Source of the DNA: Macrostomum lignano | Lineage: Eukaryota | Direction of reading: 5' to 3' | Length of the DNA stretch: 64,000 nt | NCBI GenBank assembly: GCA_002269645.1 | Contig: NIVC01003357.1 | Span: forward strand, 1 to 64,000 | Shown here: piece after piece, positions 12,774-25,037 of the stretch | Numbering within the stretch: position 1 is the stretch's first letter | Layout: each line of letters begins with the position of its first letter | The notes under the pieces: generated by a model | Database searches by the model: none | What the model saw: the letters and a program-made list of their open reading frames with translations, nothing else | What the model was told of the DNA's origin: nothing | Position numbers and translations under genes: made by a program

Positions 12774-14909
12774 TCAAAGTTCCCTCATCTCAGCCTGTGT
12801 GAGGTCGAAGGCGCAATCAGGTGAGCAATAATAGTTTTGTGGCAGGTTGCTCTTTGGTGGAAAGCCAGCACATTCACAATGATGCCAGGCATCACAGCCA
12901 TCGCATTGAATCCACTGGATTCTCAAACTTGCAGGCTGAATACAGATGGTAGAACTGCAGCGCTCGACCTCAGTCCCCGACTTACCATGACCCCGACCTC
13001 GCTCTTGACCCCTGACACGCTTGCCAGTTGAACACCTTGCGGCACCAGCTGCATCTTTCACCGAAAGCACTGTCTGCTGTCTTGGCATCGGTGGCAAAGC
13101 CAGCGGTTGCCACAGTCTAGCGTTGTGGCACCGACAGTAATCATTAGCTTTTGTGCAGAGACAGACCAGCTCCCGATACAAGATGCCGCTTTCATCAACT
13201 CGGCAGACGTGGTAGCAGTTGGCAATGCCCGGCATTGTAGACAGGTTCACCATCTGCAGCACATTTCCAAACTCCTCGATGTCACTGGTTGTAACCTCGA
13301 AAAGCAAAATCTTTTTCTCTTCATTACTGCCACCGATCATCATTGCCTCCATCATGTCCTGCACCGTGACCACCTGCCTCTGCTCACCTGTAGACACCCG
13401 GTTGTCGCAACGCCGCTTAATGGCCGCTCCCACACCGTCAGCGGCACCCTTGCCGTGGCCAGCCTCGGTGAAGATCCACTGCCAGCGATGGATGCCAATT
13501 CGCCGCAACAGTCGATCAAACAAAAAAATTGTCATTCTGTTGCGGTATTGGCTGCTGGGGGAGTCGGAAATGATGGTGACTCGCTCAACTTCACCTAAGA
13601 CGGATAAAAAGTGCTTCAGTACAGGTAGCAGGTGTGCAACAATTGCTTCCGCCTTCTTGTTGCGGTCCAACGACAGAGAAGCAAATGACACACCTCGCCG
13701 TTCACACACCCCGTAGGCGACACCCTGGTGAATTGTAACCTGCCCGCGGTCTCCAAAATGGGCTGGTTGCGTCTCGCGGTGGTACTTTGCGCCATACGCT
13801 TCGCTAAAATCAATGTGTAGCACCAGGTGGTGCTCGCCCAGATTGTCCTTCAGCTGACGAATAGCGCGAAATTGATGTCGGAGGCGCAGGAAGTGGGCGC
13901 CATATTTGCGCAAATGTTTCAAAAGTTTTGCTATGGCAAACTCACAGTTCATCGTTTTCTTTACAACCTCCATGCCATTCGCATCAGTCCTACGCTTCCA
14001 CTTGTCGTACACAACAATTGGCTGATTAGCAGCGGCGCCAGCTTTGATAGGAGAAAGCTGGTTGCACTTCTGGCATATATTGTTCAGACAGTTGTACGAC
14101 TCGTCTGAGCAAACAATCTTCCGTAGAAGATCATGCTTGTCAGCTGTTGAATCTATTAGCTTTGCTTTACAAATTCCTTCAACCAAAAGGTCGACGTTGG
14201 TGCACAGTGGGCACAGGCACTGTTCTCGATTGCCTACTTTTGGTTGAAGCACATGTGGCGGCTTGTAACGGTAAAATGAAGCCCTGCTACATTTTACAGT
14301 CGGGTGTTCAGACAGAAATTTTTCGTACAAAATCTGCATTCCGTAAAGAAGATAGCGTTTCTGCTTCTTTTCCGACCCTCTGAGCACGGTCTCTTTTCTT
14401 CCAGCAGTCGCCCGTGAGTTTTGGTCCTCACACAAAAAATCCGAAACAGCCATTGGCAACTTTTTCACTTTTGGCGGTGGAAGCGGCTTCAAAATTTTCC
14501 CGGAACAGTGCAATCGCCGGAGCACCTCTTTTCTTACTCCAGGAGTCTCAGCAGTCTCACAAATGCGCCGAACTACGCCTTGCATGTGCTTCTTTCGTTT
14601 CACTGCTACGACGCTATCCACAATATGCTTGACGGCGGCATCTGAATCGTCAGAGGCACCTTGTCTAGAAACAGCAGCCTTAGATCTTCGCCGCTTCTGC
14701 TGCTTCAGCTTTTTATTTTCTTCTTCCACCTTCTTCAACCGTTCAAGCAAACGCGAAATTTCTTCCTTTTTCTTTCTCATCTCCCGCTGCTTAGCAGCCT
14801 CAGACCGACTCAATCGCTCATTCGCAGTGCTCTTAATCTGTTTAGTATCATTCCTTGAATTAGGCTTAATCTGACGTCTTCTCTGGTCTTTTACTGCGTC
14901 CGATTCCAT
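12774..14909 (-). CDS. Sola-type DDD transposase with CxxC..CxxC motif and C-terminal PHD finger (711 aa, uninterrupted)
   Basis: Catalytic motifs HIDFSE, IISDSPSSQYRN and EAGHGKGAADGVG give spacing D(81)D(41)D. There is a CPLC-x42-CQKC motif. The C-terminal CSSTIC...WIQCDGCDAWHHCEC...YYCSPDC is a C4HC3 PHD pattern. Confidence 0.88.
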   Translation of the reverse strand: MESDAVKDQRRRQIKPNSRNDTKQIKSTANERLSRSEAAKQREMRKKKEEISRLLERLKKVEEENKKLKQQKRRRSKAAVSRQGASDDSDAAVKHIVDSVVAVKRKKHMQGVVRRICETAETPGVRKEVLRRLHCSGKILKPLPPPKVKKLPMAVSDFLCEDQNSRATAGRKETVLRGSEKKQKRYLLYGMQILYEKFLSEHPTVKCSRASFYRYKPPHVLQPKVGNREQCLCPLCTNVDLLVEGICKAKLIDSTADKHDLLRKIVCSDESYNCLNNICQKCNQLSPIKAGAAANQPIVVYDKWKRRTDANGMEVVKKTMNCEFAIAKLLKHLRKYGAHFLRLRHQFRAIRQLKDNLGEHHLVLHIDFSEAYGAKYHRETQPAHFGDRGQVTIHQGVAYGVCERRGVSFASLSLDRNKKAEAIVAHLLPVLKHFLSVLGEVERVTIISDSPSSQYRNRMTIFLFDRLLRRIGIHRWQWIFTEAGHGKGAADGVGAAIKRRCDNRVSTGEQRQVVTVQDMMEAMMIGGSNEEKKILLFEVTTSDIEEFGNVLQMVNLSTMPGIANCYHVCRVDESGILYRELVCLCTKANDYCRCHNARLWQPLALPPMPRQQTVLSVKDAAGAARCSTGKRVRGQERGRGHGKSGTEVERCSSTICIQPASLRIQWIQCDGCDAWHHCECAGFPPKSNLPQNYYCSPDCAFDLTQAEMREL

Positions 14910-15213
14910 GATACTTTTTTGTTTGTAATAGAACTTTTTTGTCTCAATCGATTCTGCTCTTTGAATCCCTCAAGATCAGCGGAACGCTTTTTATTCTCCC
15001 ATTTTTTATAAGACTCGCGAGCGCGCTGCTTCTTTGATGGCATACTAAAGAAGCAGTTGCTTTTGAGCTGAAAGTGAACGGAATTCATTTATTTATTTGA
15101 TAAATGTATAGGTTTTGAGATTTAACTTCTTAGACTTATTGACATAAATCTACGTTTAAGCTTCAAGCAGTGAGCTGATGTGGATAAATTTTTAATACTT
15201 GATGTGGCGTTAT

Positions 15214-15582
15214 CAGTAGCGTCGCCACCGGGGGGGGCAGTGCAGGGGGACAAGCCCCCAGTAAAATGCTTTGTCCCCCACCATGCATTCCTTCGTTGAC
15301 CTGTTATGGAAAAAAATAATGTTGCTTCAGGACGACAAAAATAGTGTCTGCGGCGCGAAAATGGATCCTGTGGTTCTAAAATGTGTGCCAGCGGTTCTAA
15401 AATGAATGCCAGCAGTGCTGAAGTGGTGCAGCTGAGGCACTAAAACGAGTGCCTATGGCGCTTAAATGATAGTTGACAACACATTCCGAAAATAATATAC
15501 AGCAGAAATTTAGTCGTGTACATGCTGAATTCTTGGCTTCGTCCCCCCCCCTTCAACCATAGAATCCATGGCGACGTCCCTG
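15214..15582. mobile_element. hAT-like MITE inside the Sola element
   Basis: Termini CAGTAGCGTCGCCA and TGGCGACGTCCCTG. The 8-bp TSD matches at 6 of 8 positions (GGCGTTAT/GGCATAAT). Confidence 0.7.
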
Positions 15583-18009
15583 GGCATAATTATTCGTTTC
15601 TGATGTACTATTTTTACCATTGCCAGTAGTAATTTTAAAAAATGTTTCTATTTTCTTTTTGTCGTTGGTATGTAACAAAAGTCCGAATCTATTACCTAAA
15701 AATTGAGATCACTAATCATGCATAATCGATCTAATTAGAAAGTAAGAAGCATAGAAATGTTATTTTAGTAAACTCTAGAAAATTAGTTTCATAATTATAA
15801 CTATCATTTCATACATAGATGCAAGACTGTTTTCTCATGGTATTTCTATAAAAATGCACGGCATCATTTTTATTCATCTTTTATTCTTTCCTGCTTCTTA
15901 GCATATTAATTTTTGTTTCAGACTACTTAAAATGTACTATAAAATATTAAAAAATCAGTCTAAAAATCTTCTTTTGAGTAAAAACAACTAACAACACCCA
16001 GTTTAAATTAGATCAGTATAAATTTAAGTACAAAGCGTAAAATTCTGTTGTTTTTCATCAACAGATTGGGCATTTAAATGGCCAAGTTTATTTTAGATGT
16101 ACAAAAATACCTTCCAAAAACCTAACAATGTGCTGAGAATTTTTTAATACTTTACTAGGGGCATAGAGGCAGTACTTTTTTTCAAGCCACAGATGAAGGC
16201 TTTGAAACAGAACTACTCTGGTACTGCTTGTTTTATTGTAGACAGATTAATCTGTATTTGTTAGGTTAATTTTGTGCTATTGAAAAACTAAAAACTCGTG
16301 ATTTAATTAACATAATTCTTACAATTTTAAATGACACTGAATAATTTGATACTATATTGTAAATTGTGACCATCTTTCTTAATAACAGATGAAAACACAC
16401 CTCTCTTTTGATTCTATCAGCTGAACGAATGAACTGAAAGTTAGTTTTTTTCATCCCATACAGTGTCACGCTTCTAGAAAAGTCAAAATAAAAACGTCAA
16501 TTCAACAAGCCAAAGGTTTTAATGGTTTTCAGGTTGTAAGAAATCAAGATATAAATAATATTTGATAGTTTTACTTTTTGATACGACCACGTGAGAAAAA
16601 TATTGTATCTATAAAATGGGTATTACGCTATAAAGCGATAATCCAAAAAATAAATTAAAAAACGAAGATGCGCAGACTCTTGACATTTACTCAAGAATTT
16701 TAAATAAAAATGACTGTTTATAATCATAAACGTTTATTTTTAATAGTATTGTCCCAGTGAAAAATGATTCATGGATTCCACGTGGGTTCCACGTGGCCAT
16801 GTGGAATTTAAATGTTTCTTTAATTTTTGCAAATTAATGACTTAAAGATGACATAATGGTATGCAAAGTATTTTTTATGCACTATTTTTTAATTTTTACT
16901 GTCCTAATGTTGATGTGGATTTTACAAGGAATTCATGAGAAATAAGCGTATATTGATTCAACATGGAATCCACTTCGATAAAAAAACTGTGATACACCAC
17001 ATTAAGACGTTTTTATGAAATTACTATAATTAATTATTATATTTATATGCTTTTAAGTAAAAATTAATATCTTAAAGCTAAATTATAATCAGAAAATAAG
17101 ATACTGTTTGTTAAAATAGACAAAATAGAAGTGAACAATAAAAAACGTTTCGTGCTTTTTAAAATTAAATTTATTTTATTTTATATTCGTCAATGTCTTG
17201 GTTCAAGGCCTTGAAAGATAAATTGCCTTGTTTATGGCTATTTAAGCACCTTAAAAATTTTAGTAGACGTAGCCTATAGGCAATAACTTATAAGGCCATG
17301 GCCTCCATGGGATTAGAAATTAGATAAATCAGTATTTCATCATAGATAGGCCTAATACTTTTGGTAAAATCCATCCATGATAAATTTATTTAGGCTTATC
17401 CAATTTCTAGGAATCCCATGGCCATGTCCATAGATTGGCTACTCATTTTTTAAACTTAAATAGTCCTTTAGAAGTTCATAATTTCCTCTTAGTCCTACCT
17501 ATTAGTCTTATCTATTTATGTATGCTTATTAGGCCTATTTTAAGCTAGGCCTAGGCCTATAACTATCAATTTAGGTCCTTCTATTTTAATTAAGGTTAAG
17601 ACTAGCTTGACTTTGTGAATTGTGACTAGTCAATCTAGTTAATCTGTTAAAAATCTATTCATTTATGATTTTCTTCAAAAAAGCCTGTTAGCGTCTTTTA
17701 GACTTGTTGCATTTTTAAAAACAATATTATTAATCATTATAAATAATTCTTTGCAATTACACTTGCAACCTGTTTTTGGCATAGCTAGCCTAGCAGATCC
17801 CTAAGGTTGCTATTATAAATAAATAATGATTATTGTAAATTTGATCTGATTTAGGCCAAGTCTAGAATTTAATAGCTATAGGGCATAGCTTTTAAGATTA
17901 GGCCTAATGTTTAATCATACTATTTTTTTTATTAGAGGCAGAGGGTTGTGTGCACCCTGGCACACGTTAAGCGACATAGGCATACAACTGGCGAGAGGCA
18001 TTGCTGCCC

Positions 18010-18283
18010 ATTCCATTAACTCCCTTGAGCAGGCACACAAGCGTGCGGATACGTATGCAGGCATATTTACATAGGGGTGTACAGTGGCCCTAACTTTATT
18101 TATTGTTAGGCATGTATACTTCACTGTGCCTTGGGGGTTGGCTCTCAAGGCCATTAATTGCACAAGCAGAGAGCCAAGCCAAGATTCCAATTCAGCCCCA
18201 AATTAATGTGACTGCACTTAGAATTGAGCCTAGGTCGCTGGCATACCAGAGCAGCTATGCTACCGCTTGGCTACAGCCCCCCT
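18010..18283 (-). mobile_element. tRNA-derived SINE, copy 2
   Basis: Aligns by eye with 2455-2746, for example the shared AAATTAATGTGACTGCACT. The minus-strand head is GGGGCTGTAGCCAAGCGG. Confidence 0.8.
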
Positions 18284-19036
18284 TTTAATCATAATAGGCC
18301 CGCAAATATAAAAAAACATGCATTGCTTTGCCTAAATACTTCATAGTCTAAAATCAATTTTAAAATAAAAAATTAAATTTATAGAAACATATATTAATTT
18401 TTTGTACTTATTATTTTAATTTTATTAATTTAATTTTATTGATTGACTTGGGTAGGGTTTTCTTTTTTGCTAGAGACAAGGTGCAAAATCATACCCTATG
18501 CTCACTTTTAGGGTTTTATGATTTTAAGGCTTAAAATGCAGTTTCTCTTTTTTCTTATATAAAGGCAGTGCAAAAAAGGCTTCAACAGAAAAATAGGTAA
18601 TGAGATCACACCTAAACTGTATCATCAACTTTTTAATTTCAATTTTCAAGGTGCAATTTTTAAATTTAGGGTGCATATGCACACTTTGCGCTTAAAAAAT
18701 AAACCTAGGACTTAGGCCTAGTTAATTTTAAAATAAACTTTATTTTATTTTATAAGTATTCATCATTAAATTAGTTTTATGAATTATATCAATATTATTT
18801 ATCAATCTTAATTGGCAACAATTATTTTTCTATTTCATTTCTGCCTAACATTACATGACCCATCCTCAAACTTGGATGTCACCTTGGTCTTGCATTTGAA
18901 GAAGCTTGCACATACATGAGCAACCTCCAAAATTCGGTCGGCCGTGCGACTTAGTTTTAACAAAAATGCGACGTAGTTTTTGGCCAAAAATGCGACTTAC
19001 ATGTAAAAAACCCTAAAGCAAAATTAACGCAACTTT

Positions 19037-19100
19037 GGGTAAACGGCAGGAGTAACTATGACTGTCCTTTTAAACCAAAATGCCTCGTCAGCTACTTAGT
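19037..19100 (+). pseudogene. 64-bp degenerate 28S rDNA fragment (helix 69-71 region, R2/I-PpoI site)
   Basis: GGGTAAACGGCAGGAGTAACTATGACT[GTCCTTTTAAACCA]AAATGCCTCGTCAGCTACTTAGT compared with the conserved eukaryotic LSU sequence GGGTAAACGGCGGGAGTAACTATGACT[CTCTTAAGGTAGCC]AAATGCCTCGTCATCTAATTAGT, recalled from memory. Confidence 0.85.
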
Positions 19101-20100
19101 ACAACTACTTGGGTATTTTTTCAGGTGGGCCTTTTCGCGACTTCCTTTGTTGGCCACCAAATCAGTCGGCCGGATCGGCCGACTCGGCCGACTGTTGCGC
19201 GTGTATGAGCTTGCAAAGCTACTTGGAATTTGAATTTAATATCTCAAATGCTACCTTTTGTGAAGCAATGGTAAGTTTTAGTTATAAACTTATTTTTTTC
19301 TGTCATCAAAATCTATCAAAATCTATTACAAAATCTGTCATCAATCTGTTATAAAATTCTGTAATTTAACCCCTTTCTTTTCTAAGGTTGCTCACCTGAC
19401 CTGAAGAAGCAGCATTCTGGCAATTGGCAGCAGCATGTTTCTGACTGTTCTAATTCTGATGCATTATATTATTGTTAATTAATGCTATTGACAATGTCAA
19501 TTTCAAATTATATATTATATCATATGCGCAGTGCAACTCTAAAGATATCAATATTTACATCAGTGTGTTTATTCTTTGTGTGCCAGTGACTCACTACTGT
19601 ACATAAATACACCTTACATCGTTTTTGAATATTGAATTTTGAATTTTGAATTTTTGTGCAGAAATATTTTTGGCTATAGCTAGTGTTTTATCTGTGTTTC
19701 AGTTTCTTTTATATGGTATTGAGATCTGGGGTTCGTATGAAATTTTGAGATCTGGTATTATTTTGAGATTTAGGATGCAACAATTTATTATGGCAACCAG
19801 TATAATGGCTGCTTATTCAATGACAATGTGGATTCTATGTGAAATACATAATTACTTCCATATGGATCTTCCATGTGGAATCCATATCTTGATTCCACAT
19901 GGATGGACGGAGACAAATGCACATATGGATTTCATATGAAAAATCCACATGGAATCCATATCATTTTTTTCACTGGGGTCGAGCCACATGAAAAAATAAG
20001 CCCTCAATTTAAGGCGGATTAAAAAAATTTGCTTAACTGCTTACGTCGAAACTTTGAGAACGACCCAAGGGTGATTCTCATCGAGAGGTTTCGGAGGTTT

Positions 20101-22875
20101 GGGTCTGTATAAAAGGGGTCTGTATAAAAGCAGGGCACCATTGGCACATTGGACACCCCTTATGTTAACAAAAATCGAGTTTTGATCGTTGTTTTGCTTG
20201 AATAAATATACTTTGGCTTTCGAATAAAAATGTAAATATTTATTTATAATTGCACTTTTTCATATACTTCTAACAACCATGAGATTGGTAGTATCAACAA
20301 GTTTTATTCTACATTTAAATTCATTTCTTATCTTGCTTTATTGTCGAACTACTTTCGGTACGTCATTTTCATTTACCTAGTTGGTGCACTTACAGAAAAC
20401 ATAGAAACATTAAATGCCGTTTCTTGTCCTCAATAAACGTTGGAAAAAGTGAGCAGCAGACTAGTTGCAGAATTTTATTGCCGGACATGGCATATTTGAC
20501 TATTTGCAGCTGCTCTGGCTTGTTTACTGCCTTTCCATAAATCAACAGCAATGGTGAAAGTGAATCTAATCCTTCTCTCTCTCTCTCTCCCATAATGTTA
20601 ATGATTGATTTGCTGTTAATATGGATTTTTAAAATCCCCCGTGTCTTAAATAAAAAAACGAATAATTTTTTAAGTTGTGATTTCCATCAAAATGCAATTA
20701 ATTAATGTTTTAAAAACATTTAAACTCAATAAATTATTTATTCTCTTATCAAATAGAATCCAACTCTAGAATCTTTTTCAAGGAAGGAATACTAACTATC
20801 CTTAATATTCAATATGCATGATAATAAAGCAGTGCATTACTTTTTCAATTTAGAGAATCTAACAAGGAAATAAATATAATTTAGTACAGTACCATTGTAA
20901 GCAAAAAACCATAAGTTTACAGGTACAATTTTTTGTAAAGATAGATACAGCGGAAAATTAAAATTTGACAAAAGAATACCACAAACACTAAAAATGGGGA
21001 GAAAAAGTATTACAAACATTGGCATTAATAAAAAAGTAATAAATATTGCAGCTGAGCAAATGAAATTAGCAATTAAACAATGCAATGAGTTAAATGATAA
21101 ATAACAAAGAAATGCTAAATAACATCTAGCAATGTATATTAAAGCAATTGAAGTGCACTCTGAGTTGAAAGGCTTACAACTCATAAAGTACAGTTTAAAT
21201 GCAATGTAACTTTTTATTTATTTGTAACTTTATAACAATAGAAATCATTACCATAAGCAATTGTATGAAAAGTTGCTATTAATAGTCTTATGTACTTTAT
21301 CTCTACTCTAAGAGCTAACTTTCTATAAATATATATGATTCCTTGTATAAAATTAGGGATTCTTTAAAAAATTCATGCTGCAATATGCATATATCACACT
21401 CTTGACCCAAGAAAATTATTGAAAGTGGTCAACCAATTAGCACAAAAAAATTATAGACGGCTGTAATGGTGCAAGTGGTGTTTCGGCACACCACTTAAAT
21501 TAAAGTTGAAATTTTTGGAGCAGTTACACTAAAGAAAATTATTATTTTATAAAATTAAGAGAGGCTAATAAAATTAGTAGGGCTTGAATTGAATAATATG
21601 CTGTGAAGACTCAAACTTGTAAGCCAAGAAGGCTAGAATTAGGGTTAGCAATTAGGCAATTAGGCGAACTATAGACATTAAGGAATGTGTAGGTATTAAA
21701 TAAATAAATCATGCAGGTGCTAATAGTAGCTTAAAACCTATCACTTGGTCCCTTAGAATGCCATAATTTTGAACATTAGAATTAAAATATAGTGTTTTAC
21801 TGATTGGGAACTTGTTCTTATTGGAAAACTTCTCATAAATATAGAAATATTAATATAAACAATACGAATAAATTTGCCTATTAAAACTTTGTGGCATTTG
21901 TAGGATTTTAGAAGAAGGAAGTATACCCTGCAACATACGTGCAGAATATTTATGTGCTAAAGGATTTAGGTCTGAAATAAATGACAATAAATGTTATGTG
22001 AAGATGGTTTATATGTTGTTTTTTCAAAGTGTCATATATAAACTTTCAGTAAAAAGACTTCTTGGTCTGTGAGGTAGATTTTTTACTTATATGCTTGCAT
22101 TTTTTAACTCATAATTTAAATGATTAGCACAATTTCTTAAATATCATGACTTGGCAAATTATTCATAATAATGTTTTCTTAAAAGGATTGTATGTAAAGA
22201 AGAGACTGTAATTTGAACTTTCACTGAGTAGCTATTCCTTTTTTTGTTGGTTGAAATCATACAAAAAGTAATTGAACTAATAAAAGAAGAAGCTTGGAAA
22301 TTATTAATTTAATCATCATCTTACAAAGTAAAAAAACTTTTTGGGTGCAATTTTTTCATCAAATAATCTGCCAATGTATTAACTTTTTTAATATAGAAAT
22401 ACTTGCAATTTGGAATATCCAAAGTTCGTTCTTCATGAAGTAATCCTAACAAAATAAGTTGTGGTTTTTTGATAAGAGCAGAATGCTTCATCATTTTATG
22501 GAAAATTGAGTTCTGACTATTAGTTTGATCATTTCATATATCAGGCATATTTAGCATTAAATCGGTACGCCTGTAGTACAGAACCTTCGGGGTAGTAAAA
22601 TCACAGTGTAATAGCATTGCAAGCTGCAGTTTTTGCATGTGCGATTATTTTAAAAAATCGAATGCCAAATTAAACATGTACAAAAAACGATAATACAAAG
22701 AATATTTAACAAATCATCTATCACGAAAGCAAGGATGTCATTTCTATTATTATCAATTTTTTAAATTATTTAAAAGTATCTCCGCAAGTTTATTCTGCAT
22801 TTTCATATCTAATTTTGTTATAAAAAGGGGTGTCCAATGTGTCCAATGTGCCAGTGCCAGCTTTTATACACACCC
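20101..22875. mobile_element. Second MULE-like element inserted in the left TIR of the first
   Basis: TIR GGGTCTGTATAAAAGC...GGCACATTGGACACCCCT mirrors AGGGGTGTCCAATGTG...CTTTTATACACACCC. 10-bp TSD TCGGAGGTTT at 20091-20100 and 22876-22885. Confidence 0.85.
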
Positions 22876-24675
22876 TCGGAGGTTTTGAGGTTTTTCAGAG
22901 GTTTCATTTCGAACAAATATTTTAGCGCAAAATTTTTAATTCTGCACAAAATTTGAAAGGTTACTAAAATTTAGTAATGAATACAATTTTTCTTTAGAAA
23001 ATAGCTCGAATGTTTCGGATTCTTTTTAATTTGCTTGTGATAGGTACGCGCGAAAATTATTTAACTGTTTTTAAGGGAAGTAGTAACATTGTCATTTTAT
23101 GCATGATATTTCATATTGTTTTCTTTTCATTTCAATTTCATTAGCCCAAAGTTGCGAATAGTCGCAAATGTGTGTTGTTCTCTTTCAATGCATATTCGTA
23201 ACTATCCTATTTTAATTTTTACTAGACCTGTCCATGTAATTAAATACACACTATTTACCAATACAGATTTCATATTGTTTTTGACTTAGTCTTTGGTTAG
23301 AAAGCTATCAATTTTTAAGCCAGCCCTACTAATAATATTGACCTAGTCATAAAAAAGCCCTAACCATTTTACTAGTCATCTAGAATGTATAATAATTTTA
23401 TATTTTATTATATTTCAATTTATTTAATATTATTTTACATTTTACTTTACAAGCATATTTTTTATTTTTACATCATTATCCTAAATCCTAACACACTATG
23501 CACATAGCATAAAAATCTTTATCACCTAGGTCTCTAATCCTAGGGAAAATCTCCTTCACAAGGCTTTGAAAGTGGCAAAATTTATTCATTTTACTGCTAT
23601 ACCTTTACCTATAAAATTGAAGGCTCTAATGATCTGAAGTTTTTACATTTTAAATTTTAAATATAGTTTATTAATAGCTATTTATATTCAGTTATAATTT
23701 ACACTGTTATAGGTGAGTAAAATTTCTAATTATCTTATATTTTAGTAACTTGTTTTAGTTTTTGTCCTTTAACGCAAATATTCATATTATATAGTAGCTC
23801 CTACTTATGTATGCCTAGTTATCACATTTTTATTCAATAATAATTTTATTATTTTATAAGTTAATTGTTTTAATATTAAACCAATATACTATCTTATTAT
23901 TTACATGTACTTCAGTAACTATCATGCCAATGAAATGGTTTGTGCAAATTTAGATTTTCTTGTGATGCTTAGTACTTGTGCTTGTATATAAGACTAACAT
24001 TGTATTTTATTTGATCAATCATGCCGTCTTTCCAGAGCCCATCAAACCCTATGGGATTTGTGCTAAGCATTGGCCTGCTAAAACACCATTGCACAATATG
24101 ATATGCTTCTAGAGGCCAATTAAATTAATCCACCAAATGTCTTTCTTGACACCCCAAGGTCTTCACTACACTTGACTGCACCAAGTGAGTAAATTTTCTA
24201 AATAATGCTGTACTCCAATATGTGAGGATCAAGGGTAGCCAATGGTTGGGGCTAGTGATGACATTCTTACATGTTACATGGCTAGTGTCCCTAAATTCCT
24301 AATGGTGCAATTTTCAGCAAAAGTTATAGCATGACCTTTCAGGGAAGTTCATTCCAATGATTAGACAGATAAAATTCCTCATTTCACTATTACCTATATC
24401 TACAGGACATTTTGATGCGGCTCGACTTCAGCGTTGTTGCTCATCATTGTAGCACTCAAGTCCTATTGTCGAATTTTTGGGCTTCCAGCATCAACTGTTT
24501 CGATAGTCTCAATTGGAGGCCATGAAAAGCAATGTCAGGCATGCTGGTGCCAAGCTTGGAGAGGAATTTGGAGCCCACCTGATTGCCCTGCGGGAATTGT
24601 GCCAAGAGAACTTGCGCCAATCATTTTTGTCCAGCAGCAGCAGCAGCAGCTACCTACCAACCTACCTACCTACCT

Positions 24676-25037
24676 AGCGACGCAGAGCCTACCAACCAGC
24701 CGTCACCCACCGACACCACCCGCAATCGATGCGAGCAGGTGTTGGTTAATCAACTCAGAGCGGGCGTCTCTACCATCTGCGCCGCCACCCGCCAACGTCT
24801 CGGTCTCCAAGAGGACGACAAGTGTAGTGACTGTGGCGCGGTGGACACGGCCGACCACCTCCTCCGCCGCTGCCCAAGAGGTGACGCCACCAGAGCCCGC
24901 TACTTCGGCGTCGAGGACCCCCTATCGGCGCCGACCGGCCGGATCATCGCGTTCGTACGTGCTGTGGGGCGCCTGAGCCCCCGCCAATATTGACGCCGAA
25001 GCGTCAACGGCGTGCCGGGAAACAGAAGAAGAAGAAG
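24676..25037 (+). mobile_element. 5'-truncated non-LTR retrotransposon (3' end of ORF2, 3' UTR and (GAA)n tail)
   Basis: The ORF tail QLRAGVS...KCSDCGAVDTADHLLRRCP contains the C-x2-C-x7-H-x4-C knuckle typical of I-group LINE ORF2 C-termini. The stop is at 24993 and the GAA tail ends at 25037. The 5' boundary is approximate. Confidence 0.8.

Larger units (their letters stand above)
16753..19977. mobile_element. Non-autonomous CACTA/EnSpm (CMC)-like element nested in Sola
   Basis: Termini CCCAGTGAAAAATGA and TCATTTTTTTCACTGGG, 2-bp TSD GT/GT, subterminal CCACATGGAATCC-type repeats at both ends, no long ORF. Confidence 0.8.
10513..20066 (-). mobile_element. Sola (probably Sola2) DNA transposon with nested insertions
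   Basis: 14-bp TIR GGGTCGTTCTCAAA at 10513 and TTTGAGAACGACCC ending at 20066. The 4-bp TSD AACT is at 10509-10512 and at 27015-27018, where the right flank was displaced by the MULE insertion. It encodes a DDD transposase. A G-rich terminus with a 4-bp TSD fits Sola2 as I recall it. Confidence 0.8.

Noticed and set aside
22300-22700. Degenerate coding-like sequence inside MULE-2 (for example CDFTTPKVLYYRR)
   Set aside because: Multiple stops, and the motif is too short to assign by eye.
24020-24660. Possible THAP-like remnant (ICAKHWP...RP) and other coding-like stretches in MULE-1
   Set aside because: Interrupted by stops, and no coherent gene model could be built.
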